In this document: piece by piece, positions 9,588-17,970 of the stretch
Layout of the letters: the number at the start of each line of letters is the position of its first letter
How positions within the stretch are numbered: the first letter of the stretch is position 1
NCBI GenBank assembly: GCA_964419615.1
Contig: CAYQPU010000008.1
Coordinates: forward strand, 996 to 49,760
Direction: 5' to 3'
DNA: 48,765 nt
Source: an uncultured Methanosarcinales archaeon
GTDB lineage: Archaea > Nanobdellota > Nanobdellia > Woesearchaeales > JAGVZT01
Made by a program: the position numbers and the translations under genes
The notes under the pieces: model-generated
The model's input: only the letters and a program-made list of their open reading frames with translations
Told to the model about the DNA's origin: nothing
Databases searched by the model: none

Positions 9588-9821
9588 TTATACCTCACCT
9601 TTTCTTACAGAATCTCTTAATGAATATGCTCTTCCTGTAAATTTGACCTTGCATTTCTTACATCTCCAGATTCCTATTGCCAGTCTTTGCACTTGCATAG
9701 CATTACAATATGGACACTTTTTAGATCTTTTGGTTGATGCTTCAATCTCATCAACTCTCTTTCTAATAGTAGATCCATATCTTGCTCCAAAACGTTTTGA
9801 TAATCCTTTTCTTTTCTTCAT
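9588..9821 (-). CDS. rpl37ae: 50S ribosomal protein L37Ae (eL43)
   Basis: RFGARYG, CPYC, GIWRCKKC...FTGRAY motifs. Confidence 0.96.
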   Translation of the reverse strand: MKKRKGLSKRFGARYGSTIRKRVDEIEASTKRSKKCPYCNAMQVQRLAIGIWRCKKCKVKFTGRAYSLRDSVRKGEV

Positions 9822-9849
9822 TTTTCAGTATTATATATTGTCAATGGAA

Positions 9850-10113
9850 TGGGGCTGCCCGGACTTTCCAAACCTTTTATGATCAAACAAAACACAGCAC
9901 ATGACAACATATTGTGTCGTGGCTATCTTGTAATTATAAAGGCCACGTTAAGGGACTGAAAGTCCCTTATGTTTTGTTCGACCTTTTCTTAAAAGGTCGT
10001 TTTGAACCGGGGTCGTCTGGCTTTTTGCAGTTGTCCCAAACCAGAAAGGATAATTCTTGCAACGAATCCAGAAAATCTCTGATTTTCGCTGAACCAACCT
10101 ACCCCACAGCCCC
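9850..10113 (-). tRNA. trnP: tRNA-Pro(UGG) with three predicted introns (about 10054-10092, 10022-10034, 9864-10000)
   Basis: Acceptor GGGGCTG/CAGCCCC+A73, anticodon stem TCTGG/CCAGA around TGG, T-stem CCCGG/CCGGG; removing the three inserts gives a standard archaeal tRNA-Pro; CCA not encoded. Confidence 0.92.
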
Positions 10114-10139
10114 TGTTATATATGGGGAGATCTTGGCTA

Positions 10140-10147
10140 TTTATAAA
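10140..10147 (-). promoter_or_regulatory. TATA box of tRNA-Pro
   Basis: TTTATAAA 26 nt upstream of tRNA position 1. Confidence 0.65.
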
Positions 10148-10201
10148 CTTTACTCTTCAAATATTGCTAATTAAGAATAAACTAAGAAAAATACTATAAA
10201 C

Positions 10202-10666
10202 TTAGTCTGCACACGTTCCTTCTAGCTTATGGCCATCTCCTGTGAATGTGTATGTTGCTGAGGTTTCGTCATCTGCATATGATATGCTCACATCAAGGCC
10301 AAATGAAGCTCCTGAACTTGTACATACTGAGCCTGCTGTGTCATGAAAACACTTTGAGGTTTGACCAGTTCCTAAACTTGAAGGTGTACATGTTAATGCA
10401 TTTCCTGCAACAGTGACTGTGTTAAGAGTTATACTGTTCACGAGATTATTTTGTATGGTAATATTAAGATCGTCTGTAGATGTAAATGCTGTATATTGAG
10501 GGACTGCTAGGTCACTTGTTCTCCAATATGATGCAGATGCTCTTCCAGCTGCCCCTGAACCAATTCCCGGGATTCCGCCCATAACTCCTACAACTATTAA
10601 AGCAATAATGATAACAACTGCAAGAATTATTAAATATTCAGTTGCTGTTTGAGCTTTTTTATTCAT
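10202..10666 (-). CDS. Type IV pilin (probable major pilin), class III signal peptide of QxSxE type
   Basis: MNKKA|QTATEYLIILAVVIIIALIVVGV; small, Gly/Ser/Thr-rich, 4 Cys; own TATA (10711-10718) and GAGGTGA SD. Confidence 0.9.
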   Translation of the reverse strand: MNKKAQTATEYLIILAVVIIIALIVVGVMGGIPGIGSGAAGRASASYWRTSDLAVPQYTAFTSTDDLNITIQNNLVNSITLNTVTVAGNALTCTPSSLGTGQTSKCFHDTAGSVCTSSGASFGLDVSISYADDETSATYTFTGDGHKLEGTCAD

Positions 10667-10808
10667 TAAATCACCTCTATTGTGAACTATTGTTTCTCAA
10701 TAATATTGAATTTATAAACTTTTTGCTTCTGCTTGTATTAGTAACTTATTATTCTTACTTAAACTAGTATTCAATAAATATTTATAGTATGTCAGTGTAA
10801 TAAACTGG

Positions 10809-11348
10809 ATGCAAAATAAATCAAAATCTTTTTTACTTATCTTCTCAGTTGCATTGTTGTGTTATGTTATTTTGTTTGGTGTTATATTAAATGAAAATAT
10901 ATCAAATTTACCCCCAGACCCAAAAAGAAATCTTAATACAAAACTACTCACTCATAAATTTGGAAATGTTACTCAAATTATTGGTGCAAAACCAGATGTA
11001 TTTTGGGTATTAGATGATCCCATAATATTTTACTCTGAAAAAGCCATACAAATAGTGCAAGTGGATGCAGATTTGGTGTGGCAGGATGCTTATTTACTAT
11101 CTCTTGCAGAAAAAAGGGAACTTAAATGGAAACCAATCAGATTAAAAGGAGATGAGAAGATTGAGGGGAGATGGTTTAAGAATACTGCTAAAACAGAATT
11201 CACTATAAACAAAGAGGATCTTGGAAACAGTGAAATCGATAGAGCAGGTGCCACAATTATTGCTTATTCATGCAACAAGAAAATAATTGGATGGGACTGT
11301 CACAATGACAAATGGATGATCCTTGTATTTGATATAATGGTAAAATGA
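10809..11348 (+). CDS. Hypothetical membrane-anchored protein
   Basis: N-terminal TM helix, C-terminal Cys pair; stop overlaps the methyltransferase ATG. Confidence 0.7.
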   Translation: MQNKSKSFLLIFSVALLCYVILFGVILNENISNLPPDPKRNLNTKLLTHKFGNVTQIIGAKPDVFWVLDDPIIFYSEKAIQIVQVDADLVWQDAYLLSLAEKRELKWKPIRLKGDEKIEGRWFKNTAKTEFTINKEDLGNSEIDRAGATIIAYSCNKKIIGWDCHNDKWMILVFDIMVK

Positions 11349-12211
11349 AATGTGTTCAAAAGTTTTATGATAAAACCCCTTTTCCTGACTTTGAATTAAA
11401 CAGGTTTAATTCCAAAGAAAGCTTAAGAGTTGCTGCGCATCCATTTGCAAAAATACTTGATAGATCTATTCCAGTAGATGCTTCTATTATAGATGTAGGT
11501 GCAGGAACAGGGCAATTATCTGGGTTATTGTCATTAAGAAGACAAATTGTTTACGGGATAGATTTTTCTGAAAAATCTTTAGATAAAGCTAGAGCTTTAA
11601 AAAGAAAGTTAAATTTGGATTCATTGCATTTAAAAAAAGTTGACATTATGAACACAAAGCAAATTGAAGGAATCAAGAATAAATTTGATTATCTTTTGTG
11701 TTTAGGTGTTTTGCATCATACACAAGATGCTTATCAAGCATTTAAGAATATTTTGCCATTGCTTAAACCAAATGGTATGATTGCAATTGGAATGTATAAC
11801 AAAATCGGCAGAGTGCCTTTGAGAATAAGAAAAATACTTTCAAAAACAATATTTTATAATAACAATAGAATAAAGGAGTGGTTTATAAAAATGCAAATAG
11901 AGAATACTAAAGATAAGGAAAGGGCAACAGGATGGTGGAATGATCAGTATTTGCATCCACATGAAACGACACACACAGTTGGAGAAGTCCTTGGATGGTT
12001 TAAAAAAAACAATATTAAATATTACCAATCAATTCCTTCACTTAATCCTTTTGATAATGATATCCTTGATATCAAAGGAGTATGGAATAGTCCAGCAAAC
12101 ATTTATCCTTATTTTCCACTGCGTTTCTATAAACAATTATCCTGGATTTGGAAAACTCATAAAGAAGGTGGATACTGGATAATGTTTGGGACAAAGTGTG
12201 AAAAAGGGTGA
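11345..12211 (+). CDS. Class I SAM-dependent methyltransferase
   Basis: IIDVGAGTG motif I, YGIDFS, FDYLLCLGVLHHT, LKPNG. Confidence 0.92.
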   Translation: MKCVQKFYDKTPFPDFELNRFNSKESLRVAAHPFAKILDRSIPVDASIIDVGAGTGQLSGLLSLRRQIVYGIDFSEKSLDKARALKRKLNLDSLHLKKVDIMNTKQIEGIKNKFDYLLCLGVLHHTQDAYQAFKNILPLLKPNGMIAIGMYNKIGRVPLRIRKILSKTIFYNNNRIKEWFIKMQIENTKDKERATGWWNDQYLHPHETTHTVGEVLGWFKKNNIKYYQSIPSLNPFDNDILDIKGVWNSPANIYPYFPLRFYKQLSWIWKTHKEGGYWIMFGTKCEKG

Positions 12212-12259
12212 GAATAAGGTAATGATTTTAAAACTGAAAAAAGATAATGTTCCTTTAAG

Positions 12260-12451
12260 ATGAAATGTAATTCAAAAAACAAAGCTATTCACATTTTAGG
12301 ATTTGTATGTGCCTACTTTTTGTTTAGTATAGTAACTTACTTAATATTTTATACTTTTGGAATCAAAAAAAACATAGGATTTGTGCATGTTTTTATTATC
12401 ACTTTCACTATTACCTTAATAGGTATTGCTGTTGACAAAATGATGAATTAA
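12260..12451 (+). CDS. Small two-TM membrane protein
   Basis: 63 aa with two hydrophobic helices, co-oriented within the cassette. Confidence 0.6.
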   Translation: MKCNSKNKAIHILGFVCAYFLFSIVTYLIFYTFGIKKNIGFVHVFIITFTITLIGIAVDKMMN

Positions 12452-12470
12452 TTAAAACAGGGAGATCATA

Positions 12471-12707
12471 TTGAACAATAAAAATTGTTTTGGGGAAGGG
12501 TTCAGAGAATTTGGAGTTAATATTTCTCAAACAGCAGTTTTCGTTTTATTGTCTCTTTTTTATTTTTCGATATTTGGAATCATTTCTCTTATTACAAAAA
12601 GAAAGTTTGGCTTAATATTTAAAAGATTAAACTCAAATAAAAAAACACACTGGGAGGATTGGGATTCACAAATAGAATCAAAGGATCGATTTTATAAGCA
12701 ATACTAG
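12471..12707 (+). CDS. SxtJ-like membrane protein (short form)
   Basis: TM segment LLSLFYFSIFGIISLI, then THW and terminal KQY, resembling the SxtJ C-terminal half; directly upstream of the carbamoyltransferase. Confidence 0.65.
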   Translation: MNNKNCFGEGFREFGVNISQTAVFVLLSLFYFSIFGIISLITKRKFGLIFKRLNSNKKTHWEDWDSQIESKDRFYKQY

Positions 12708-12711
12708 TAAA

Positions 12712-14463
12712 ATGTATATACTTGGCATAAGCTGCTACTATCATGACAGCTCGGCTGCACTGATAAAGGATGGAGTTATTGTAGCTGCAGCAGAAGAAGA
12801 AAGATTTAGTAGAAAAAAACATGATAATTCTTTTCCTAAAAAAGCAGTCACTTTTTGCTTGGAAAAGGGAGGAATAACAATTAATAGTATTGACCATATA
12901 GCATTTTATGAAAAACCAATTGTAAAATTCGAGAGAGTTTTAATGCAATTTCTTCACTATTTTCCAAAAAGTTATTTTTCTTTTGTAAAGTCAATGCCAA
13001 GTTGGTTAAGTCAAAAACTTATGCTGGTAAATAATATAAGAAAATTGGGTTATAGTGGTGATGTAATTTTTATTAAGCATCATCTTGCCCATGCTGCTAG
13101 TGCATTTTTAGTAAGTGGATTTGAAAAAGCTGCTATTGTTACAGTTGATGGGGTTGGAGAATGGAACACAACAGCTTTTGGATTTGGTAATAAAAACCAA
13201 GTTACTATGCATAAAAAGATTGATTTTCCCCACTCTCTTGGTTTGCTATATTCAACTATTACTGCCTATCTTGGATTTAAAGTAAATAATTCTGAATACA
13301 AAGTAATGGGGTTGAGTTCTTATGGAAACAAAAACAAACAAGAAAATCAGTATTATAAAAAACTTAAAAAAGTAATTAAAGTTTTGGATGATGGAAGTTT
13401 TAGCCTTGATTTGTCATACTTTTCATATCCTCACTCACTTAGAATGCCATCGAAAAGATTATGCAAGTTACTTGGAGGGAATATTAGGAAACCACATGAT
13501 CCAATAGCCCAAAGAGAAAAAGATATTGCATGTGCTCTCCAGATGATTTATGAGGAAACTTTATTTAAAATTATCAACTATGTTCATTCAAAATTTAAGT
13601 CGGGGAATCTTGTGCTAGCAGGTGGTTGTGCACTGAATAGTGTTGCTAATGGTAAGATACTTAAAAAAACACAATTCAAAAAAGTATGGATTCAACCTGC
13701 TGCATCTGATAGTGGTGGAAGTCTTGGCGCAGCATTATATACACACAACTGCATTCTTAAAAACAATAAAAGATCTATTCAAAACCATGTATACTATGGC
13801 CCCAATTATACCCAAGAATACCTTAGAAATTTTTTGGACTCAAATAATATCAAGTACTCCGTTTTTAAATCAAGTAAGGAGGTAATTAAAAACACTGCGA
13901 AGCTCATATATGAAAACAATGTTGTTGGGTGGTTTATGGGAAAGATGGAGTTGGGGCCGAGAGCATTAGGAAACAGGAGTATTTTAGCAAACCCATGTAA
14001 TCCAAATGCCAAGGAAGCCTTAAACTTGAAAGTAAAGCATAGAGAAAATTTCAGACCTTTTGCACCAGTTGTATGTGCTGAAGATGCAACAGAGTATTTT
14101 GAGTGTGATGTTCCTTTGCCAAAACCTACTGATTATATGCTTATGGTTTATCCAATTAGACCCAAATGGAGAGACAAGATACCTTCTGTATCTCATATTG
14201 ATGGAAGTGGCAGACTACAAACAATAAGAAGAAACCAGAATCAAATGTATTATGATCTGATCAAAGAATTTGGAAAATTATCTAAGATCCCTATTCTGAT
14301 TAATACTTCATTTAATATAAGAGGTGAGCCCATTGTTTGCACACCTCATGATGCCTACAGATGCATGATGGGAACTGAAATTGATTATTTAGTAATGGGA
14401 AAGTTTTTAATTTCAAGGAAAGATAATATAAGGGACATATGGGAAAGTGAAGGATATGATTAA
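12712..14463 (+). CDS. O-carbamoyltransferase, NodU/CmcH (SxtI/TobZ-like) family
   Basis: ILGISCYYHDSSAAL, AAEEERFSRKKHD, HHLAHAASAF, TVDGVGE, EYKVMGLS, AGGCALNSVANG, ELGPRALGNRSIL, KHRENFRPFAP, NTSFN. Confidence 0.96.
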   Translation: MYILGISCYYHDSSAALIKDGVIVAAAEEERFSRKKHDNSFPKKAVTFCLEKGGITINSIDHIAFYEKPIVKFERVLMQFLHYFPKSYFSFVKSMPSWLSQKLMLVNNIRKLGYSGDVIFIKHHLAHAASAFLVSGFEKAAIVTVDGVGEWNTTAFGFGNKNQVTMHKKIDFPHSLGLLYSTITAYLGFKVNNSEYKVMGLSSYGNKNKQENQYYKKLKKVIKVLDDGSFSLDLSYFSYPHSLRMPSKRLCKLLGGNIRKPHDPIAQREKDIACALQMIYEETLFKIINYVHSKFKSGNLVLAGGCALNSVANGKILKKTQFKKVWIQPAASDSGGSLGAALYTHNCILKNNKRSIQNHVYYGPNYTQEYLRNFLDSNNIKYSVFKSSKEVIKNTAKLIYENNVVGWFMGKMELGPRALGNRSILANPCNPNAKEALNLKVKHRENFRPFAPVVCAEDATEYFECDVPLPKPTDYMLMVYPIRPKWRDKIPSVSHIDGSGRLQTIRRNQNQMYYDLIKEFGKLSKIPILINTSFNIRGEPIVCTPHDAYRCMMGTEIDYLVMGKFLISRKDNIRDIWESEGYD

Positions 14464-15796
14464 GAAAAAGAAAATCAAGAAAAGAGGAATATCTAAAAGA
14501 AGTCATTTGAGAAGAAATCCCACTTATAAACGTTTAATCTTGCTTTTCTCCACGATAATTACTCTATTTTTCATATTTGAGATAGGTTTTAGAATTTATT
14601 ATTATTCAAATAATTTAACTTTGGGAGTAAGTGATGATGAAAAATGCTTTAAAGATGTAATGGCAGGATTACCTCACACAGAGAGTATGTACAGAAATTT
14701 TAGACTACTCGGATACCATGACATTGACCCATTTATTGGATTAACTATTAAATCAGGATTTAGGTTGGATGAAATAGAGGTTACTGAGATTGACAATAAA
14801 TTTTATAAAAAAGTTTTGTATGATTATCATCACAATGAACAGGGAATGAGAAATCTTAAAAATTTTCCTATTGAAAAATCACCTGAAAAAGAAAGAATTG
14901 CTCTATTTGGGGATAGTCTAACATATGGAATGGGTGTCCCATTAAAATCTGGAATGAGCTACTTAATGGGTACAATAGTTGCAGATGTAGAGGTATTAAA
15001 TTTTGGTGTTCCTGGTTGTGGTATTGATACTATGTATGCTAGATACATGTATGAAGGGAGGAAATATAAGCCAGACATAGTTGTTTTTAATGTTTATGTT
15101 GAAGACATCTCAAGACCTTTTACTAAATGCAAGTTATATACACCAAATGTTTTTATTAATAATAGTAAGATTAAAATTGGTGAAAGAAGATATGAAGACT
15201 TAAGGGATTTTTATTACTCATATGAGCCACCAAAGTTTGAAAGCTACTTTATTAAGGATACAGAGTATAAGATTAGTAGAATTGCTAAAAATAAAAGAAA
15301 TTTTGGTAAAGGATTACATTTGCTGGACATTATGCTTGATGATATTAAAGATAGAACAGATGAGGACTCAACAGTATTGATTGTTGGAGTCATAAGAGGA
15401 GATCATGACCATCCATTGTTGGACGAGTATTATCAAAAGATTATAGAAATGCTTAAAAGCAAAGATATTATGTATTTTGATTCTGCAGATTATTTTAATT
15501 CGGTTTCTCATCATTATAAGGATCAGTCTTTTTATTATATTGATGGAAATAATACAAAGGATCATTTCTCACCCATTGGCAATGGAGTGTATGCGCAGGG
15601 ATTGTTGTTGGAGTTAGATAAAGCTGGAGTGTTAAACATAACTACTGAATACCATTTTACTAACTTTGACTTACATGGACCTGTTTATTTAGTTAATAAG
15701 AAACATCCCAAAAACATCACTATTGTTTATGCAAGAGGAATTGAGGATTTGTCTTATGAAAACCAATTATTTCCTGCAAAAGGAGTAAATAACTAA
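14447..15796 (+). CDS. Membrane-anchored SGNH/GDSL hydrolase family protein
   Basis: N-terminal TM, IALFGDSLTYG block I, VLNFGVPG block II, DHFSPIGN block V. Confidence 0.85.
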   Translation: MKDMIKKKKIKKRGISKRSHLRRNPTYKRLILLFSTIITLFFIFEIGFRIYYYSNNLTLGVSDDEKCFKDVMAGLPHTESMYRNFRLLGYHDIDPFIGLTIKSGFRLDEIEVTEIDNKFYKKVLYDYHHNEQGMRNLKNFPIEKSPEKERIALFGDSLTYGMGVPLKSGMSYLMGTIVADVEVLNFGVPGCGIDTMYARYMYEGRKYKPDIVVFNVYVEDISRPFTKCKLYTPNVFINNSKIKIGERRYEDLRDFYYSYEPPKFESYFIKDTEYKISRIAKNKRNFGKGLHLLDIMLDDIKDRTDEDSTVLIVGVIRGDHDHPLLDEYYQKIIEMLKSKDIMYFDSADYFNSVSHHYKDQSFYYIDGNNTKDHFSPIGNGVYAQGLLLELDKAGVLNITTEYHFTNFDLHGPVYLVNKKHPKNITIVYARGIEDLSYENQLFPAKGVNN

Positions 15797-15800
15797 AAAG

Positions 15801-15884
15801 TGGTGCAGAGGCTGATCCCCACTGAAGCTTTCAGCTACGCTGAAAGTTAGGAACGTAAGTGAGATAATGTGGGGTATTAAACCA
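15801..15884. repeat. Intergenic palindromic element (nested hairpins)
   Basis: TGGT...ACCA ends; CCCCAC(15817-22)/GTGGGG(15869-74) stem enclosing CTTTCAGC-TAC-GCTGAAAG (15828-46). Confidence 0.6.
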
Positions 15885-15924
15885 GTAAAATTTTCGATAA
15901 TAAAAATAGTGTAAGCATACAAAA

Positions 15925-16086
15925 ATGAGTAAAAACAAACCAATATTTAGGGATTTATTAGATTTTATTTGGGAGAATAAAGCCTGGTGGCTTTTACCAA
16001 TTGTGATTTCGCTATTGTTGCTTGGGTTGTTAATAATTATTAGCCAGAGCAGTCCAGTCTCACCTTTTATTTATGCTCTATTTTAA
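15925..16086 (+). CDS. DUF5989 (SxtK-like) small membrane protein, 53 aa
   Basis: Manual translation MSKNKPIFRDLLDFIWENKAWWLLPIVISLLLLGLLIIISQSSPVSPFIYALF*; KxWWLxP...PFIYxLF signature; not in track. Confidence 0.88.
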   Translation: MSKNKPIFRDLLDFIWENKAWWLLPIVISLLLLGLLIIISQSSPVSPFIYALF

Positions 16087-16100
16087 GATTTATTTAAGTT

Positions 16101-17084
16101 TCAGCTTAATCCAATCAAGAATTTACCAACCAAATTAACTGTGATAAAGTATATTATTAAACAACTGAACATTATGGTGGGAACGTACTTTAAACCAGAT
16201 TTTGGTTCTCCTTCGTTTATCACACCTAATAAAGTTGATGAGAGTATTGATGTTATTACTAACACTGTTATTGATATTTTTTTTAAGAACAATGGAGTGA
16301 TTACAATTTCACCTAGCAAGAATCCCATTCCAAATCCTGCACTTTGAGCAGATGTTTGAACTTGCATGTCTGATATCATTTGAACAAAGTTTACAGAAAT
16401 TGCTAAAAGTAAAGGTGCACCAATTATTATTGTAAACATTATGAATGCTGTATAGGTTTTTGTACTTGACCTTAATTCACTTTCTAGAGCATGTGTTTCA
16501 GATATGTCCGCTGCAATATCTTCTAATAAGGTTGCCAAATTACCACCACTTTTCATAGCAGTTGTAAATAGTTTTAAGGATCTGTCTAATACATCTGATC
16601 TAATTCGGGTTGATATTCTGAGTAATACACTTGAGAAAGATTCTGTTCCTAAACCTCTGGATGTTGCATATTTTATTTCTTCTGCCAAAGGACCAAGGTC
16701 ATCTCTTGCTGCTTCTCTTAACGCCTTATAAGGTGTCATCCCTGCTCTAAGATTTGCTGCTACTATTTGAAAAGCATCAGGAAGAGATGATTCTACTTTT
16801 TTTGTTCGCTCTTCTACTTTAAAGAATACACGCAGGTAATTTAGTATTTGAACCATAGTAAATAAACCTATGGCTATGATCACAATAGTTAATGTGTCAA
16901 AAAAAAACAGTGAGATTAATGAGGATACCAAACTTAAAATAGTCCCAACAAAAATTCCCTTACCTAGCCAGATGTATGGATTTTTCTTTAATCCTGAAAA
17001 GACCATGAGATCTTTAAAGTCCTTTCTATACTTTTTTGGGTAAAGTTTCGCCAAGTTATAGTATAGTCTTTGGATGAATTTCAT
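16101..17084 (-). CDS. Type II secretion system F / TadC-like pilus platform protein
   Basis: LPDAFQIVAANLRAGMT, GPLAEEI, SGGNLATLLEDIA, multiple TM helices. Confidence 0.9.
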   Translation of the reverse strand: MKFIQRLYYNLAKLYPKKYRKDFKDLMVFSGLKKNPYIWLGKGIFVGTILSLVSSLISLFFFDTLTIVIIAIGLFTMVQILNYLRVFFKVEERTKKVESSLPDAFQIVAANLRAGMTPYKALREAARDDLGPLAEEIKYATSRGLGTESFSSVLLRISTRIRSDVLDRSLKLFTTAMKSGGNLATLLEDIAADISETHALESELRSSTKTYTAFIMFTIIIGAPLLLAISVNFVQMISDMQVQTSAQSAGFGMGFLLGEIVITPLFLKKISITVLVITSILSSTLLGVINEGEPKSGLKYVPTIMFSCLIIYFITVNLVGKFLIGLS

Positions 17085-17085
17085 T

Positions 17086-17970
17086 TTAAAATTGTACTAC
17101 CGGCCTCCTTGCTCTGATAAATCCTATTATGATGTACTGAACAATAAAACATGTAACAATGAAAGCAACAAATGATACTTTCCCTATTCCTAAACCTGCA
17201 AAGCTTGACAAAATGATTAACATGACTGCACCAATTGTTGGGACTGCTACTGCAAACAACATGTAAATCAAGTTCCATAGGTTTAGTTCATGGGCATAGT
17301 CTTTGATTTTTGACTTTTGATCTGCTGAAAGATCTTTTACTATTAATTTTAAGGCGCTTTTTAAGCTTGAACCTGATTTAATGGAATTTATTAACTGCCA
17401 GATCGTTCTTTTTAGATATTCTGATTTTGTACTTAAGGCCATGTTTTCTAGGGCTACATGAATTGGTGTTCCTGTTTTTACTGTTTGAGTTATCCTTTTA
17501 AACTCCTTTGATACTGCACCATAACCAGCATCTGATATGTTAGCAAGACCATTGTACAATGGAACACCTGAGCTTACTTGTAGTTGGAGATCTCTGACTG
17601 CAAACACTAAATTTTTATCAATATCTTCTGCTTTTTTCATTGCAGTTATTTTTGGGTAACTTACAAGCGCATATGTGAACAAAAGAAGGATTGCTAGACT
17701 GTAAAGAAAACCGGTTTTTAGTGATTCTAAGAGTGGATCTCCCTTAAATGTGAGGCTCAGAAAGAATAATAGTATAAAGAATATAAGCCATGTAAAGATA
17801 ACATTAACCATAACAATGGCAATGTACTCAAAATCTTCTAATTCTATTGCTGCTGATTTTAGATTTTCTTTAAGACCAGATATTGGGATTTTCAAAGCTA
17901 GTGGGAATAAAGGTTTTGATAGTTTTTTGGCTAATCCAATTGGAATTAGCATTAAAGGAGATTTATTCAT
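17086..17970 (-). CDS. Type II secretion system F / TadB/TadC-like pilus platform protein
   Basis: IDKNLVFAVRDL...SSGVPLYNGL...YGAVSKEF; TM helices; tandem with 16101-17084. Confidence 0.9.
   Translation of the reverse strand: MNKSPLMLIPIGLAKKLSKPLFPLALKIPISGLKENLKSAAIELEDFEYIAIVMVNVIFTWLIFFILLFFLSLTFKGDPLLESLKTGFLYSLAILLLFTYALVSYPKITAMKKAEDIDKNLVFAVRDLQLQVSSGVPLYNGLANISDAGYGAVSKEFKRITQTVKTGTPIHVALENMALSTKSEYLKRTIWQLINSIKSGSSLKSALKLIVKDLSADQKSKIKDYAHELNLWNLIYMLFAVAVPTIGAVMLIILSSFAGLGIGKVSFVAFIVTCFIVQYIIIGFIRARRPVVQF

Noticed and set aside
9864-10000. Box C/D guide RNA inside the long tRNA intron (as in euryarchaeal tRNA-Trp)
   Set aside because: No CUGA D box or clear RUGAUGA C box in the intron sense strand
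9535-10174. Track ORFs 9535-9882 and 9914-10174
   Set aside because: Antisense shadows of rpoP, rpl37ae and the intron-containing tRNA
12471-16086. Saxitoxin biosynthesis cluster
   Set aside because: Only sxtI/J/K-like genes are present; no SxtA, amidinotransferase or other core genes; this trio is widespread outside toxin producers
9850-16086. Integrated island using tRNA-Pro as attachment site
   Set aside because: No integrase and no duplicated tRNA 3' end visible; the cassette lies on the 5' side of the tRNA, while a core operon follows its 3' end
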